Shown here in pieces: positions 50,673 through 64,000 of a stretch of DNA of 64,000 nt (position 1 is the first letter of the stretch; every line of letters begins with the position of its first letter). Source of the stretch: Tubulanus polymorphus (lineage: Eukaryota; Animalia; Nemertea); the NCBI RefSeq assembly GCF_964204645.1, contig NC_134029.1, positions 3,906,001 to 3,970,000 of the forward strand, given 5' to 3'. The notes below the pieces were generated by a model that was not told the origin of the DNA, ran no database searches, and was given only the letters and a program-made list of their open reading frames with translations. The position numbers and the translations under genes are program-made.

Positions 50673-53600
50673 ATGGCTGAGCCTGATTTTGACGACAAGT
50701 CAAACGTGTTGACTAAATCTTTCCAGAAAAAGTCTGCATTCAAGCTTAAGTAAGTGTAAAATACTAATTAGGGTCTAACTGGATTTTTTTTCATCGAGGC
50801 ATTGTAAGACCGTGAAAAATTCCTCAATTTAATCTTTCGGAATTTATCTAAACAGTTACCGTTTATTTAAGTATATCTGTGATTATGCATTGTCTGACAA
50901 GTTCATCTTCAGTTTTAGGATTTATTTGCCGATTGTAATCGGACGTTGCATGAGTTTCAATCTCTGGGTTCTGCCAAATCAATCATTCAAAAATGTACAT
51001 ATATTATATACCTACGGTATATATTTCAGATTATTTAATTTTGGCAAAAAAAAAGATTCGAGCGACACCGAAAAAATGGATGACCCTGTTCCAGATGTGT
51101 CAATCCAAACAACAGGTATGTAACAGATCAAATTGATCAGAAAAAAGCCATTTTTTGCACTGATATTTTTATAAGGATACCAGGTCAATAAACTATCGAT
51201 TAAACATCTGTCTGGAAATCATATTTGAACATTACCAATATTGCATTGCTTTCAATACAGCACCTGCAATCAATCGGCAATAAATGTGTACTGAATATAT
51301 ATGTGTATGGATATACGCTGGTACAAATGTACTCTAGATATATAGATTTGATAATAGATGTAATTGCAAAATCTAATTCTAGAATTTCTATGAAATACGA
51401 TGAATTAATAGATAATTTGTGATTAGTTTCGGTTGTTGAAGTCTCTCGACTGTTATGGATGCTATACGTATGTTACGCTTTACGCTGACAGGCTCGGTGA
51501 ATTATGAAGAACTGGGCGGTCAGGGTGATGACGATGAATATTACGACGAAACGAAATCAACCGATGAAACTGAAGAGGAAGATGAAGAGGAAGTGGAACA
51601 TAAAACGACGTAAGTTTTTACGCAAAGCTATTATGCCATACTGCCAGACCATACACAGTTTGCTTTTTTCATACATACCTGATCTCTCCACTTCATGTAC
51701 TTCCATAAGCAGTCTATTAATTGGTGGCCGGGCTTTTTTCCAACTGTGCCCCTAGATTTTGGAACAAGCTTCCAAGCAATCCCATCCATTGATGAATTCA
51801 GGAAGCATCTGTTTCCTTTTAAAGGAAGCTTTTTATCTTTAGTAAAGCCCTCTGAGATTTAGAGCTATATAAGCCACATCATTATTACATATATTATTAA
51901 CTTGGTTCTTTAGGTGTCAGTTTCACAAATTTCTGGCAAAATTACTAGTATTAGATATTTTGACGGCAAAATCTTGCCCTTTGAATAAAGTGCCTTTGAA
52001 TAAATGGGTAGTAGTATTGAAAAATTCAATTCTGAACCCGACGCGGCATAGATTTTGATTGCCAGTAATTTGTTGTTGTTTTTCCTAAATTAGGAATATT
52101 CAAACCATGATGCACATGTTGAAAGGTAATATCGGTACGGGTATGCTCGCGATGCATAACGCCGTTATGAACGCTGGACTAGTGGTACGTAGGCCTATAA
52201 AGTAGATTCATTCAATGAAAAACTGATCAAGAACTTCCTGAGAGATGAGAAATTATGATTGTATTTTCAGGTAGGGTCTGTTGGCATCCTGGTCGTAGGA
52301 TTCATAGCAACTCACTGTATGCATATACTATTAAACTGCTCTAGGGTTCTAGCTAGAAGGTATGTATCTAGAGAACATTTGTCTAAGGCCGCATTTGCGT
52401 TGCCAAGTTGAGAAGCCTCGAGTTCAGAGGTCAGTTGCAGTAATGGCTTAGATTTAAGACCTGTCTGACATCGCCTTGGTTTTTTAGCCAATCTAATAAT
52501 TTAACACCACTTTTGATAACACCACTTTTGAACCTTAATCTCGATTGTGCAATTGGGCCCAGCTTCTTCCAAAAATGTTTCCCTCGACATTTTGTTGTTG
52601 TTTGCATTTCAGGACTGAAGCTCAAAATTTTGATTATACTATGACAATGTATACAGCATTTTCCACCGGGCCTCAGCCACTTCGAAGAATAGCCGTATTT
52701 ATGAGGTATATATTCATATTTTCCACACTCTGTTTATCGTCGGCGAAAGTACCTTCATTTCGATGTCACAGTAAATTTCTTTTCTTCTAGATATAGTGTA
52801 AATATGTTCTTGAACATTACGCAGATCGGATTCTGTTGTGTATATGTACTATTTATAGCCGAAAATGTGAGATTAGTAAGTATTGCTATAGTATTCCAAA
52901 AGCGATTTCATTCATACCCTAAAAATATGCTGAGAATCAGATCCTTCCATGTCCATTTTCAACGAAATTACTATTCTAAAGAAATGACATTGTAATCAGT
53001 TCTGTTTAGGTGGTCTAAATGTACATGCATATCCCCTTTGGCGTAATGATTTCAATTTGTTCATGCATACCTCTTCTCTGTTGTTTCAGTTTGTTGAACA
53101 CTTTCAACCAGCTCATGATCCACCCGTACAAGTTTACATGCTCGCTTTATTGGTGTTTCTCATTCCGTATTCGTTCGTTCGAAATCTGAAGCATTTAGCG
53201 CCGTTTTCGACGTTCGCTAATTTGTTAACTGTCACCGGATTAGTCGTGATATTCATCTACTGCGTCCAGGATCTTCCACCGGTTGCCGATAGAGAACTTG
53301 TGGCTTCATTAGAAAAAATTCCTCTATTCTTCGGAACGGTCGTCTTCTCTTTCGAAGGCATAAGTCTTGTAAGTATTTTGAATTTTCACAGACTTATCAC
53401 TAACTCAGGCCACTAATTTTTCCAGCCCCAGTTTGTTTGTATTTTATTGTCTAAAGCGAGGTTTACTGAATATTGTTAAACATCGTTGGGATAAAATGAT
53501 TTATTGGATGTGAAATACGTGTGCTTAGAATTTAATTTTAAATTTCTACTTAGAATAAGACAATTTGAATACTGTCAAATACGGCGCCAATGAAAGTAAT

Positions 53601-55101
53601 GTAAGAAAAGGATCTTGATCAGTAAAAGCCAGATTTTGATATATGATTATTTATCATGTTAAGATTTCTTATAAACCATTTGGATTTATCAGTCCAAAAT
53701 AATCTGAATTATGTGAACTCTGTTATTTCATACTTCTTCTGATGCCCTGAATTTGGTTCCACTACTGTATCACTCAATCCTCTTCATTTCAACCAGTATC
53801 TGTCATATCCGTCTGCAGGTTCTACCGATTGAAAATGAAATGAAAAATCCAGAAGATTTCGGTGGTAAAACCGGCGTTATGAACACTGCCATGTGCGTCG
53901 TTTCACTGTTGTATACTGCTTGCGGTTTTTATGGTTACATGAAATTCGGACCAAACTGTCTCGGAAGTTTGACACTAAACATGCCAACAGATTTCTGGTA
54001 AGTCAAAATAAATTAACCTACTACAATTAAAACCATGTGTAAGTCTGACCAGTTAGAAACTTGAAACTCGCAGTATTTAAAAAGCCATCATTAAATCCTA
54101 GCTGCAAGTTGGGAGACATGCTCGGATATCCCATCAGTTGTTGATACTGTATCATAAAATGGTGTGATACATGCTGAAGTCTAGGGCGATAGGTTGACTT
54201 GAGACATTTGCATGGTTCCTCACTGGTTATCTTTATTTCCTCTCTTATCTGAAATGCACACACACTCATGAATCGTTTTCTATTTCAGGCTGTACCTTTC
54301 AGTAAAGTTGATGTTTCCGATAGCGATATTTATCTCATATGGTCTCCAGTTTTATGTTCCCGTCAATATAATATGGCCGACATTCGAACAGTATCTTCGC
54401 ACGGATCGTCAGAAACTGATCGGGGAATATTGCTTCCGTGTTTTTTTGGTGCTATTTACATGTAAGTCATTCAACCACTTTGCATATAATGATCTGTCGG
54501 TTATTGCAAATTTAATATTTCATCCCACTTAAGAAAATTTTGATTAGTTCATTCTGGATACAGCGAACAATCAGTTGAAATGGACTAGGTTATTGGGTCC
54601 CCTGAAGTCCCCATCATCCAGGAGATGCCTCCTAAAACTGGAATCTGGACCAGCGAATTTGGTTTCATTTAGGAAAATAAAGCGAGTTAGAAATGGGATT
54701 TAGTCTACATTTTGTTGCATTAGTTCAAGATTTGTTTTCGAGTAAAGTGATAATTGGAATAGAAAGCATTTAAGTTAAGGCGTCTACTTAATTCCAAACG
54801 TGGTTTTTCTGTAAAAAAAATTCTGTTTTTTTCTCTGATTTCAGTTGGATTGGCAGCTGTTATCCCACATTTAGAATTGCTGATATCATTGATCGGAGCA
54901 GTCAGCAGTTCGGCTCTGGCTTTGATATTTCCGCCTATGTTGGAGATGATTACGTACTGGGACGAACGCGATACTGTAAAACATTACTGGTGGATGTTCG
55001 TCAAAGACTTATTCATAATCGTCTTCGGTTTGACGGGATTCGTTTCCGGCACGTTTGTTTCATTGAAAGAGATCGTGGAAGCTTTTCAGAATGGCACGTA
55101 G
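50673..55101 (+). CDS. Proton-coupled amino acid transporter (SLC36/PAT, AAAP family), multi-exon
   Basis: Motifs HMLKGNIGTG, ATHCMHILL, QIGFCCVYVLFIAEN, FGTVVFSFEGISLVLPIENEMKNP, YGLQFYVP and IPHLELLISLIGAVSSSALALIFPP. Confidence 0.93.
52428..52559. mobile_element. PIF/Harbinger-like MITE (family B)
   Basis: CAG|AGGTCAGTTGCA...TGCAATTGGGCC|CAG; internal GATTTAAGACC matches the 23350 element in reverse. Confidence 0.6.
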
Positions 55102-58100
55102 CTTTTCTCGAAATGACGGCTGTGAGTTAAGTTAGCGCATGTCGACGAAATCCAACATGCCTGAGTTCGGGTTCGGTTTCACAAAAAGTTCATGAAGATA
55201 ATCTGGAATGATTATAGATTTTCTGGAAATGTTTATTATCAGATTAAAGTTTTGAACTTTTTCGTGGAACAGCCAGAGGAATGATCGAAATGTGAAGAAT
55301 AGAATCAAAACTGTGTTTTTTTTGTCTAATGTCATTGACATCCAGGGGGAACTAGAGTTGCTCGGTTAATCAATTGCTTATCATCTGCCGAGGAGTTAAA
55401 AGCTGATCACTGAGTCATTTATCCTATTGAGATTTATGATTTAGTCATCAAGCATGCCATAATTAAGGAGGTTCTAAGTCGAACTGAATGTGAAACTTAA
55501 GCTAAAAAGCGAAATCTTTATTGTGGGTACGAGAAATAAGGAATCATCAGACAATCCTTTTGTAAAACTATATGTTTGTTATGATCAAATCATTGATGGA
55601 TTTAATCTTAATGTTGGGGTGAAGTTACTGCGTGCAAAAAGAGAGAGTTCTTGGAAAAATCCAATTATTTTTATGTTTGTATGTACATGTATATAAGTGT
55701 GTTGAGGGAGGGGGTTAAATTTTTATTTGGTATGTGCAGTACTTTGCTGAACTAGTCATGAACACTGTCTTGATTGAAACAAATCGGAGCTTAATGAGAA
55801 AAAATGTCTTTCATATATAGAAATCCTTGATTATCTTTTCCCTGTAATGTTCTTTAATTTTAGAAATTTTAATTGAAAGTTTTTTATTTTTCGTATGAAA
55901 AACAACTTATTTTTACCCTGATGTCAAACTTACTGGATGCCATTAAGTTGTGCCAAGTATTTCCCATTACTACATTCACTGATGTCATGTGTAAATAATA
56001 AGAAAAGTTTTAAACTTGCTGGGCATTGGTGAAATTTGACTTTTGGTAGTCTACCTTATATGAAAACCAAGTAATGTACAGAATAAGGGATCAAAAAATG
56101 AAATTAAAGAATAACTGTAATGCTATTCAATTTTTCAATGAATTAGTGAATAAAAGAATTTTCTATGAATATCGGAATTGTTGGATGATTGATGGACTTG
56201 GATGCATTGATTTTCTGACACTTAGAATTGACAGCAATGGTTTATAACATGTCATGTCCGGTTCATGCCTGGACAACAGATTCCTGTCCATTCAGATTCC
56301 ACAGATTCGAACCCGGGACCCCCTCGTGCTTAATTCAGCATTTGGATGTATCAGTAATGATTACATTTAGAAAACTTGTTTATGGATATCAAGATGTTCA
56401 CTTTTTGTTAAAGTCAATCCTTCGACATAAATAAACGTGCATAGTACATTAGACATGCAATTAAATGGTATCTGTATTTGGGTGTAATGCTGAAATTTTC
56501 TGACCAGGTGCAGATCTCACTGGTTGTGACAGGACACATTCCCCTTTCAATTGACTTAAATAATGCATAAGTGTGAATAACTGTTGTGACGGAATATTTG
56601 GCCTGGAATCCTGTCCTTCGATTAACCTTTTAATCAGGCACAAGTGCGACTGGCACCTCACTGTTGCTTAGCACATATTTTGACTGGTATCATCCAATTA
56701 ACTTTAATTATGCACAAATGTGACATTATGTGAAAGCAGGCCTAAAGCGCCAGATATCCCTGTTGCGAGACCGAGTTACCTCCTAAGCAGATATCATTAA
56801 TTGGTAACCTCGTTGAGTGTGATACGTTCCTCTAAACAGAAAGAAAGATCCAAGAATGATCCAGTTCATTACAGCAAAGTTTGTTATTTATTTGGCAACA
56901 TATCCGCAGACTCGATTACAAAAGGTATGCACAGAATATGAACAAATCTGAAAACCCTGGAGGTGACACGATGATTTACGGTAGTTATTTTACATTATAT
57001 CATAATTACTTATGTGATTGTCAGGTAAATCAAGCTGGTATTTAGGCCATGAAAGAGAACAAAATTTGCATCAAAAAACCATGAGTAATTCATCGTTGGA
57101 GTGTGCAGCAGGCAAACATAGGAGTGATGGAGCAATTGACATTCCTATCATTGAAATGTACTACCAAGTTTTACCTCATTATTAACTATAAATTTTTCTC
57201 CTCCAGGGAATTCATATAATGCAGTCGTTTATTAAATAACGTATAAATTTACTGGGCTAGTGGCGAAAAATAGCCCACCCCACATGATGACTATCATATT
57301 TAACAATCCCCCTTTTATTAACAGATAACAATAAACATTATTTTTGTATTTCGCGTAAGCAAATAATACAGCAATATTTTAACAATTGAAGTGATTTTAG
57401 GTTCACTGTTTCATCCCCATATTTAGACATACAATAATATTCCCTGTGTGGGCTATTTTCCCTCATTAAAACCCACCCCAAAATATAGAGTCCATTATAA
57501 CCAACAAACCTAATTCTTGAGCAAATTCCAGCAACTCTTTACACACCAAGTATGGTGATTGACAGCTTATAAACCAAACCCCAACCCCTTTGCCGTGGTT
57601 GTAATGAACTCTTATCTAACTGACAAGTTTATGTACATGTTTTTCATATAACATAAAATCTATATACAATCAACATAAACTATTGAACCAGTCAGCGCTT
57701 TTCAATAACACATACATGTATCTAGCAGTAGAAAAGTTTGAATGATTTAAGTACAGAATTATCTTCAGTTTTGAAGCCAAAATCCAACTGAAAGGAATGC
57801 AACGTGATTTCAAATATCACTAAACATCACTCTCTGAACACATAATTCATATATCCATTAGACACACGTTTAAATCCCGTTTTTACACCCAACAATACGT
57901 TATTGTTAAACACGATTTACCGAAATGGTTCCATAGCTCCAAATATTCGACGCAAGTTTTCAATCTTGAAAATAATTTCTAAGCGAACTCGAAAAATTGA
58001 ATAGCATATACAAATAAATTTATCTTTTTTACAGGATTTGTACAATTCCCCCTGGCAATCTCTACACCGAGACAATCCCTGCACAGAGACACAATCCCGA

Positions 58101-58741
58101 CATCGAGACAATCTTTAGTGTATTCTGTTGATTGATCAGTGATTACTTGCATAATTCATTCACCTAATTTTACAACTACTGGCGCTTTTTTTTCTATACA
58201 TAGACACAAAAATATCATATATAATTTCAATCCGACGATGAAATATGAGTTTTTTTCAATATTTGAAACGTTGAATTAAAAGGCATCGTACAAACTAATT
58301 TGTCATGGGAAATAAATTCTTCATATCGTTCAGTCACAAGTCCCCAGCTACCCAGCAATTTCCCTTCCTACCGAGCTCATAGCCCACCACCCATCAAACT
58401 TCATTATGCATTAGCGGAACCTCACATTATTGTTCAACGCCTATTTGGATACCTAAATCACTATTTTTATCGAAACCTTCACAGAAGGATAGTGAATTCA
58501 CATTCGATATTGTGTTAATTATCGGCATAGCTTCCATTTCAACTTACGCGACGTAAAATAATAATTTTGAAATCGAATTTTTTTATCGCCGTAGAAACCG
58601 CCTCAATAAACTTTCAAGTTAGTTTTCTAGTTTATAATTGAAAGAGCACATATTATTATAATCAAAAGTATCACAAAGATACCGAAGTGTTCTTATGCAT
58701 CTTACAAAATTTGATGTTCAACGTATTACGGTATTACATCC

Positions 58742-61700
58742 TCAGCTTGTCATTTCCGTCATATAATTACGAGTAAGAATTCGTAGTTCTTGAAGAGCAT
58801 AGTCCTCTGGTAACGGTAGTTTACTGATTCCTGGCGCTAATAACCTGTAGATAAAATACAGAACAATGTCAAACTAGCCGTACTTAACGAACGAGGACCA
58901 AATCAAGAGTCCTTTAAATCGAAAGACTTACCTAGCGCTAACATACATTTGTCCATCTCCAGACATCAATTGACTCTGAAGCCCGAGTAGAACATGCATT
59001 AGATTTGCCGTTTTCTTCGCCATTTCAGCTTGACACATTCTGCAAAATATTGAAACAAACAAGTCTGAATGAGGATATCTGCATAGCATTATCAGAAACT
59101 GAAAATATCTTAATAACTGTACCTATCTTTAGCGGAAAGACATTGCAGACTATTCAACCGATTACAAAGCGATACAACTTTTGGTTGTAAGGCTTCCAGT
59201 TCATAAACCCTCGGCTCGTCCTGTTGTCTGAGAGACTGAAGCGTCGTCGATATTTGAATGAAATCGTAGAACACTTGTCCGGCGGTCGTCCAGCCCTGTA
59301 CGAGGTCTTTATGTTCGCTGAGCTCCGATAGGAATTCCATCAAATATTCAGTGTTTTCTGCAAACGTGATAAATCCAAAAGATGATCATGGATGATAGAG
59401 GAAATATACTAAATCAATGAGACTAGAAATATCAGGGAGGTGCAGAGGCTGAGTGGGTTTAGCGCATTGGCTATTCACGGATTGGTCTCTAGTCCATACA
59501 ACATTCGAATCCTAAAAGCAGCCGAGTTTCTTGGTCGAAGGATTTTCTCATCCTCATTGGTAAAATTAAACCTCAAACCTGCTAGAGATGCCCTGAGTTG
59601 GACTGAGGGGAAAGAAACCTTTTAAAAGCTGATAACAATAGCGCTGCTCAGAGGACTCGGCGAATTCGGGTGGTGGAAAAAATTACACCAGTATATCAAT
59701 GTTTAACATACCATTGATGATACAATCAGGAGCGATATGCTGCATCAGAATTGAATGACTCTTATTCCAGTGTTTCGCTTTCAATAAGTGCCACGCCTCT
59801 TCGTGTTTCATGTTCAAACTGTGAGCTTTCAGTGCCTGAAAATTGTCCATATTCCCAAATTAATAATTGTTTTCCCTGTTTTCCATACATACAGACTTCA
59901 ATTAGTAACAGTGAAGGTATATAAAAGACCCCACAATGTGAAAATTAAGACTCCATTAACTTGAAATCTCGAAAAGATTACTTGCACTTCTATCCCTGAA
60001 GACTGATAGAAGAAATGATCCCAAGTGTATTCTATATTCTGAGGGTTTTTTATATACAATCTCACAGACTAGTATTCGATTTCTGACGCAGTGAACATAC
60101 CTTAGCCTTGTGCAGCCAGATTGCAGGAATGTTTAATTTCTCACGTAAAAACTGTTCGATAGCCGTCGATTTTTCAGTGCGGTAGAAATCGACGTGTCGA
60201 TTCAGCAGATCACGAACAGTTTTCTCACGTCTGCGTAGAAAATACGAAATAATTCTCAACATTTTTTGAATAACAAACAATGAATACAGTCAAACTCATC
60301 ACATCATTTCGGAGTCCAAATTTGAATTTCCAGTGTAACACGTTGCCCACTTTCTGCCAATTTACAAATTTCCGGGTTCCCTGATTTTTCCATGTTATAA
60401 AACCAAAATTCCACGAGTAAATCTGACCAATTTGTTCGTTAAAAATGTTACAATTTATTCCTTTTAATGAATAACGTATAGATAAAGAAACATGTGGTCA
60501 ATTAACATATAAAAATTCCCTGCAGAATTTGTGAAATTCCCTGATTTTTTCTAGATTTTTCTGATTCCCCAAGTTTTCCAGATCAGTGGCCACCCCGTGT
60601 TAATCGTCATTTGGATTAGTCGTCAACGTAATGATGGTCACAGTTTAACGATTAAGAAAGTTGAATCATTACAATCGAAAGAATTAAAGCCGGAATAAAT
60701 TCTCGTACCTTTCAGAATCAGAATTATGCAGCGCTACGAAGATGGCCCAATGCCAGAGTCCGACCGTTTCTAACTGCGAGATATAATTTGCGTGTATCAA
60801 CGATTCATGATACTCCGATAGATGGGTGTATCCTAAACTTTTCAGCGCTTGTAACAAGTGCCAGCTGCAAAAATATCAACCAAGACAAAATTTAAACAAT
60901 TTGAACTGATTGGGAACAAAGTCATGTTGCCTACAGAAGAACTAGAATTATCTATCATCAAATTTAACTTTATCCTGTGTACGGTATTCGATAAAGCTAC
61001 AATAAAATCTGCTTGCCTCAGATATCATGGAACAAATAAATTTTCTCCATTCCAGGGCAGTTGGAGCGACGTTTTAAACGAAGGCAATCTGCCCCATGGC
61101 AAGCAGAGTCTACCATTAATGAATAATTCCACACTTGTAATATCTCAAAGTCTTTGGTATTTAACTGACTATTTATCTAAGTAAAGGAGTCTACCGTATC
61201 AACGAAAGATGGAAATCTAACCTCAATCGATAATCTAAATGATTCGGTGTAGACGTGGTCGGCGCTAATATTCTCTCCATGCGATGAGCTCGTTGCGAGT
61301 ATAACTTCAACAAGTGATAACAACAATCGTAAATAATGGAGCGCCGATCGTCGGCCATCTCGTCCGGAATATCAGACGGATTCTCTTCTAAATATGGCGG
61401 ATATGGACTGCAGCAGTATGGACCGTGTTCACTGCGACCTTTGAAAGCCGTCTCGTATTCTGCCAATGCATCAGCGATCGTTGAATTCGATTGACACAAA
61501 TACCTACAAAATATACAAATAACATTCAGGGTCCCTACAAATCAGTCCTGGATATAAGGAATTTCCAACGAGTTTTTACGGAAATAATTTCGAATTTCAA
61601 GCGTCCGCTTCACTTTCATAACCCAATTACTGTAGACTCTTGTTCATTTACACTACTTGGTTTCTAATTCGGTAACCATCTAGTTGTAAAAAAATCTGGA

Positions 61701-63895
61701 TCCCAACTGCATTGATTTAGGGATTGGATTGTCTACTGTACAACAACGAACCGGACAAAAATTTCTAATTGCCTATTTCTCAAAATTGAAGGAGTTTTAT
61801 ACTTATTGTTCTGGGTCCAGTTCCACAGTCGTGAGTATGATTTGACTCTGAGTTAAAACATTGAAAATGAACTAACTTTAACTCAGAGTTAACTCTTAAC
61901 TCAGAACTGTGGAACTGGATCCTGGTACTTGTCACATTCCGAAAACCTACCATAAATGTAGAGCTAAGGCTCGTTTCCAGTCTAGCGTTTCGCAGGAATT
62001 GATCAACATCTGAGACGAGGGCCACACCGTACAACCGGCTAACAATGAGTAAACTTTCATACGTTCGACATCTATAAATCGATCAGCCTGAAATGAAATA
62101 CAACAACTTGATCATAAACATACCGGTACTGAGTACATGTAGTCTAGTAGTTATTCAAACACTGAATAAGGAAAATTTCATCCATGTTGAACTCAAGTTC
62201 AGTCAAGTTCAAAATGGAGTTTGCCAGGTCAGTGGCTACCCTTAAGTTAACATTTTTTATGGATGTTATCAATCTCATTTACCTCCACTTCATTCCAATT
62301 CGCTAACTGTTTGCGTACGAGTTGTCTGAATACAGGACTACTGAGCGTTTGACTGATCAGTAACGCCAATCTGTGATCACCTGAACTCTGCGCCAAACGA
62401 CACGCCTCCGGTATCTGTCGTCCGCTCAGATGACTCAACACAGCCGATATGTGACTCTCCCCCTAAAATTCATAAAATCATCAAATCAATACCGGTATCT
62501 CTGTATAGGAAAGAGCAGTGGCGGATGTAGAAATGTAAATGGAAGGGATATGATAGAAATGTTTCAGTAAGAATGAAGTAAGCTCTGCAAGGCATGAAGC
62601 ATTGGTGGCTGGCCTTGCAGAAATATTCTGGAAGTTTGTGTAACAATTTTTTTCAGACTCTCCAAATTTTCAGATAAGAGACAGAATACAAACCTTGAAT
62701 TTGACATTTTGAATTTCTTTCTGTATTTTGTCAGCAGCGGCTGACTCGAGCCAGCGCGAGAACGCTTCTCGTCGAGACATGTGATAACTATAACTGCTCG
62801 CGTCGACGTCATCGTTCATCTTCACGTCATCCATATCTCCCCAGAGAGCTACGCATAACTGCCACACGAGTTTGGAATGTAAAACGTGGCCGGCGTCGTG
62901 GTGATCTCCTGAAAAACATCAAACACGAAACTTGTTCAGATTCACTTAATTACGAGGAAAATCACCTCAATCAGCAACCATTAAAATGTTGAATGTCTCT
63001 GTAGTATGGTGGTGGTATCTGCTTATTCTAATTAAGGCAAATCCAAAAATCACCCATGAAATACTTAGGAAAAACTTGAGAATTTTCAATTCCTGTACCA
63101 GTTATTGTGGGAACCTGACAAGTAATAAACGTGGGGGTCTTCTGCAGTACCACAGGCATCAACTATCCAATTCATACCTATTTGTTCAGCTTCTTGCTGT
63201 AATTGCTCAGCGTATTTATGTAAACATTCGATTCCATTCAGTGGACTGATTTTCGGACACGTCTCGTTGTTCTCGCACTCTAACTGCGACCGGTCAAGTT
63301 GTATATCCAGTGCTTTTGTGTAATTATTCTGAAATCCACAAAAATATGATTCTGTCAACACAAACTAAATCCATTCTAAATCCAAACTAAATACCCTTCC
63401 CTTTGAACTTTGGCCCTCATCTTACTAATCAAATTCATCTTACTAATATTAACTTAAAATGATTTTGGGTGATTTTTCAATTTTCCCAAATGGAAATGAA
63501 CAGATATCATCATACTACAGTCTACATTTTAGTGGTGACTGGTTGATCAAAAGGTGATTCCCGAGGGAAATCGCGAAATGTAAATGAATTTTCCAAATAT
63601 TTTCCTGATTTGAGGAAATTTTTTTTCAAATTCCCAAATATTTCCAAACCGGAAATTATTATTTCAAAATTCCCAAGTTTTTCCCAATTTCCCTGTTCTG
63701 TGGGAACCATGATTAAACATCATTATTATTATGAATACAGAGCACGGGTACTTACGAGTAAGGTCGGATCGTCGGAATCGAGATGATGATGGGAGACATG
63801 GATTTTCTCTATCGTTACGGTGTACGAGGACAAGCTCGGTCTAGTTGCTTGATTTGGTTTCGACGGAATGATCGACGGAAGCTGTCTCACGGCAC
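58742..63895 (-). CDS. NUP98: Nuclear pore complex protein Nup98-Nup96, C-terminal (Nup96) exons; the gene continues beyond the window
   Basis: Exons encode WQLCVALWG, RREAFSRWL, ACRLAQSSGDHRLALL, DCCYHLLKLYS, LDYRL, LETVGLWHWAIFVALH, FLREKLNIPAIWLHKAK, VQGWTTAGQVFYDF and KLPLPEDYALQELRILTRNY*. Confidence 0.94.
59443..59610 (+). mobile_element. Degenerate tRNA-derived SINE-like fragment
   Basis: A-box-like GGCTGAGTGG and B-box-like TTCGAATCC in a NUP98 intron. Confidence 0.35.
61630..61738. mobile_element. Tc1/mariner-type MITE remnant
   Basis: TA|CTGTAGAC...GTCTACTG|TA. Confidence 0.45.
61814..61921. mobile_element. PIF/Harbinger-like MITE (family A)
   Basis: CTG|GGTCCAGTTCCAC...GTGGAACTGGATC|CTG; shares gagttaaaacattgaaaatgaactaactttaactc with the 44900 copy. 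Confidence 0.8.
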
Positions 63896-64000
63896 CTGAA
63901 AACAAACAGTCATTTCATTACGATAGAGGTGAATATTATGTCATTTCGTTTCATGAGAACCAGAGATCAATGAATCTCTTATAAAGAATCTGCCAGTAAT

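Noticed and set aside
13663-63895. U12-type or non-canonical introns
   Set aside because: The donors I inspected were ordinary GT sites with no RTATCCT signature.

Overview
AT-rich, intron-rich animal (probably invertebrate bilaterian/lophotrochozoan-like) nuclear DNA, not prokaryotic. The first ~9 kb is an accessory zone with decayed gene fragments, a long (TTTGG)n array and a degenerate Penelope-type hammerhead motif. It is followed by a tandem cluster of intronless NAT8/Camello-like membrane GNAT acetyltransferases (3 intact, 1 truncated), a two-CNB-domain gene (-), KHDC4/BLOM7 (+), WDR17 (+), SPATA4 (-), an SLC36 amino acid transporter (+) and the 3' (NUP96) half of NUP98 (-). Introns carry several MITE families, a ~550 bp foldback element and tRNA-derived SINEs. 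Exon models were built by eye from GT-AG sites and recalled orthologue sequences; no searches were run. No clearly new multi-gene system is demonstrable. The best leads are the mosaic GNAT cluster, the human-like WDR17-SPATA4 pair, the hammerhead motif and the KHDC4 low-complexity domain and large introns.
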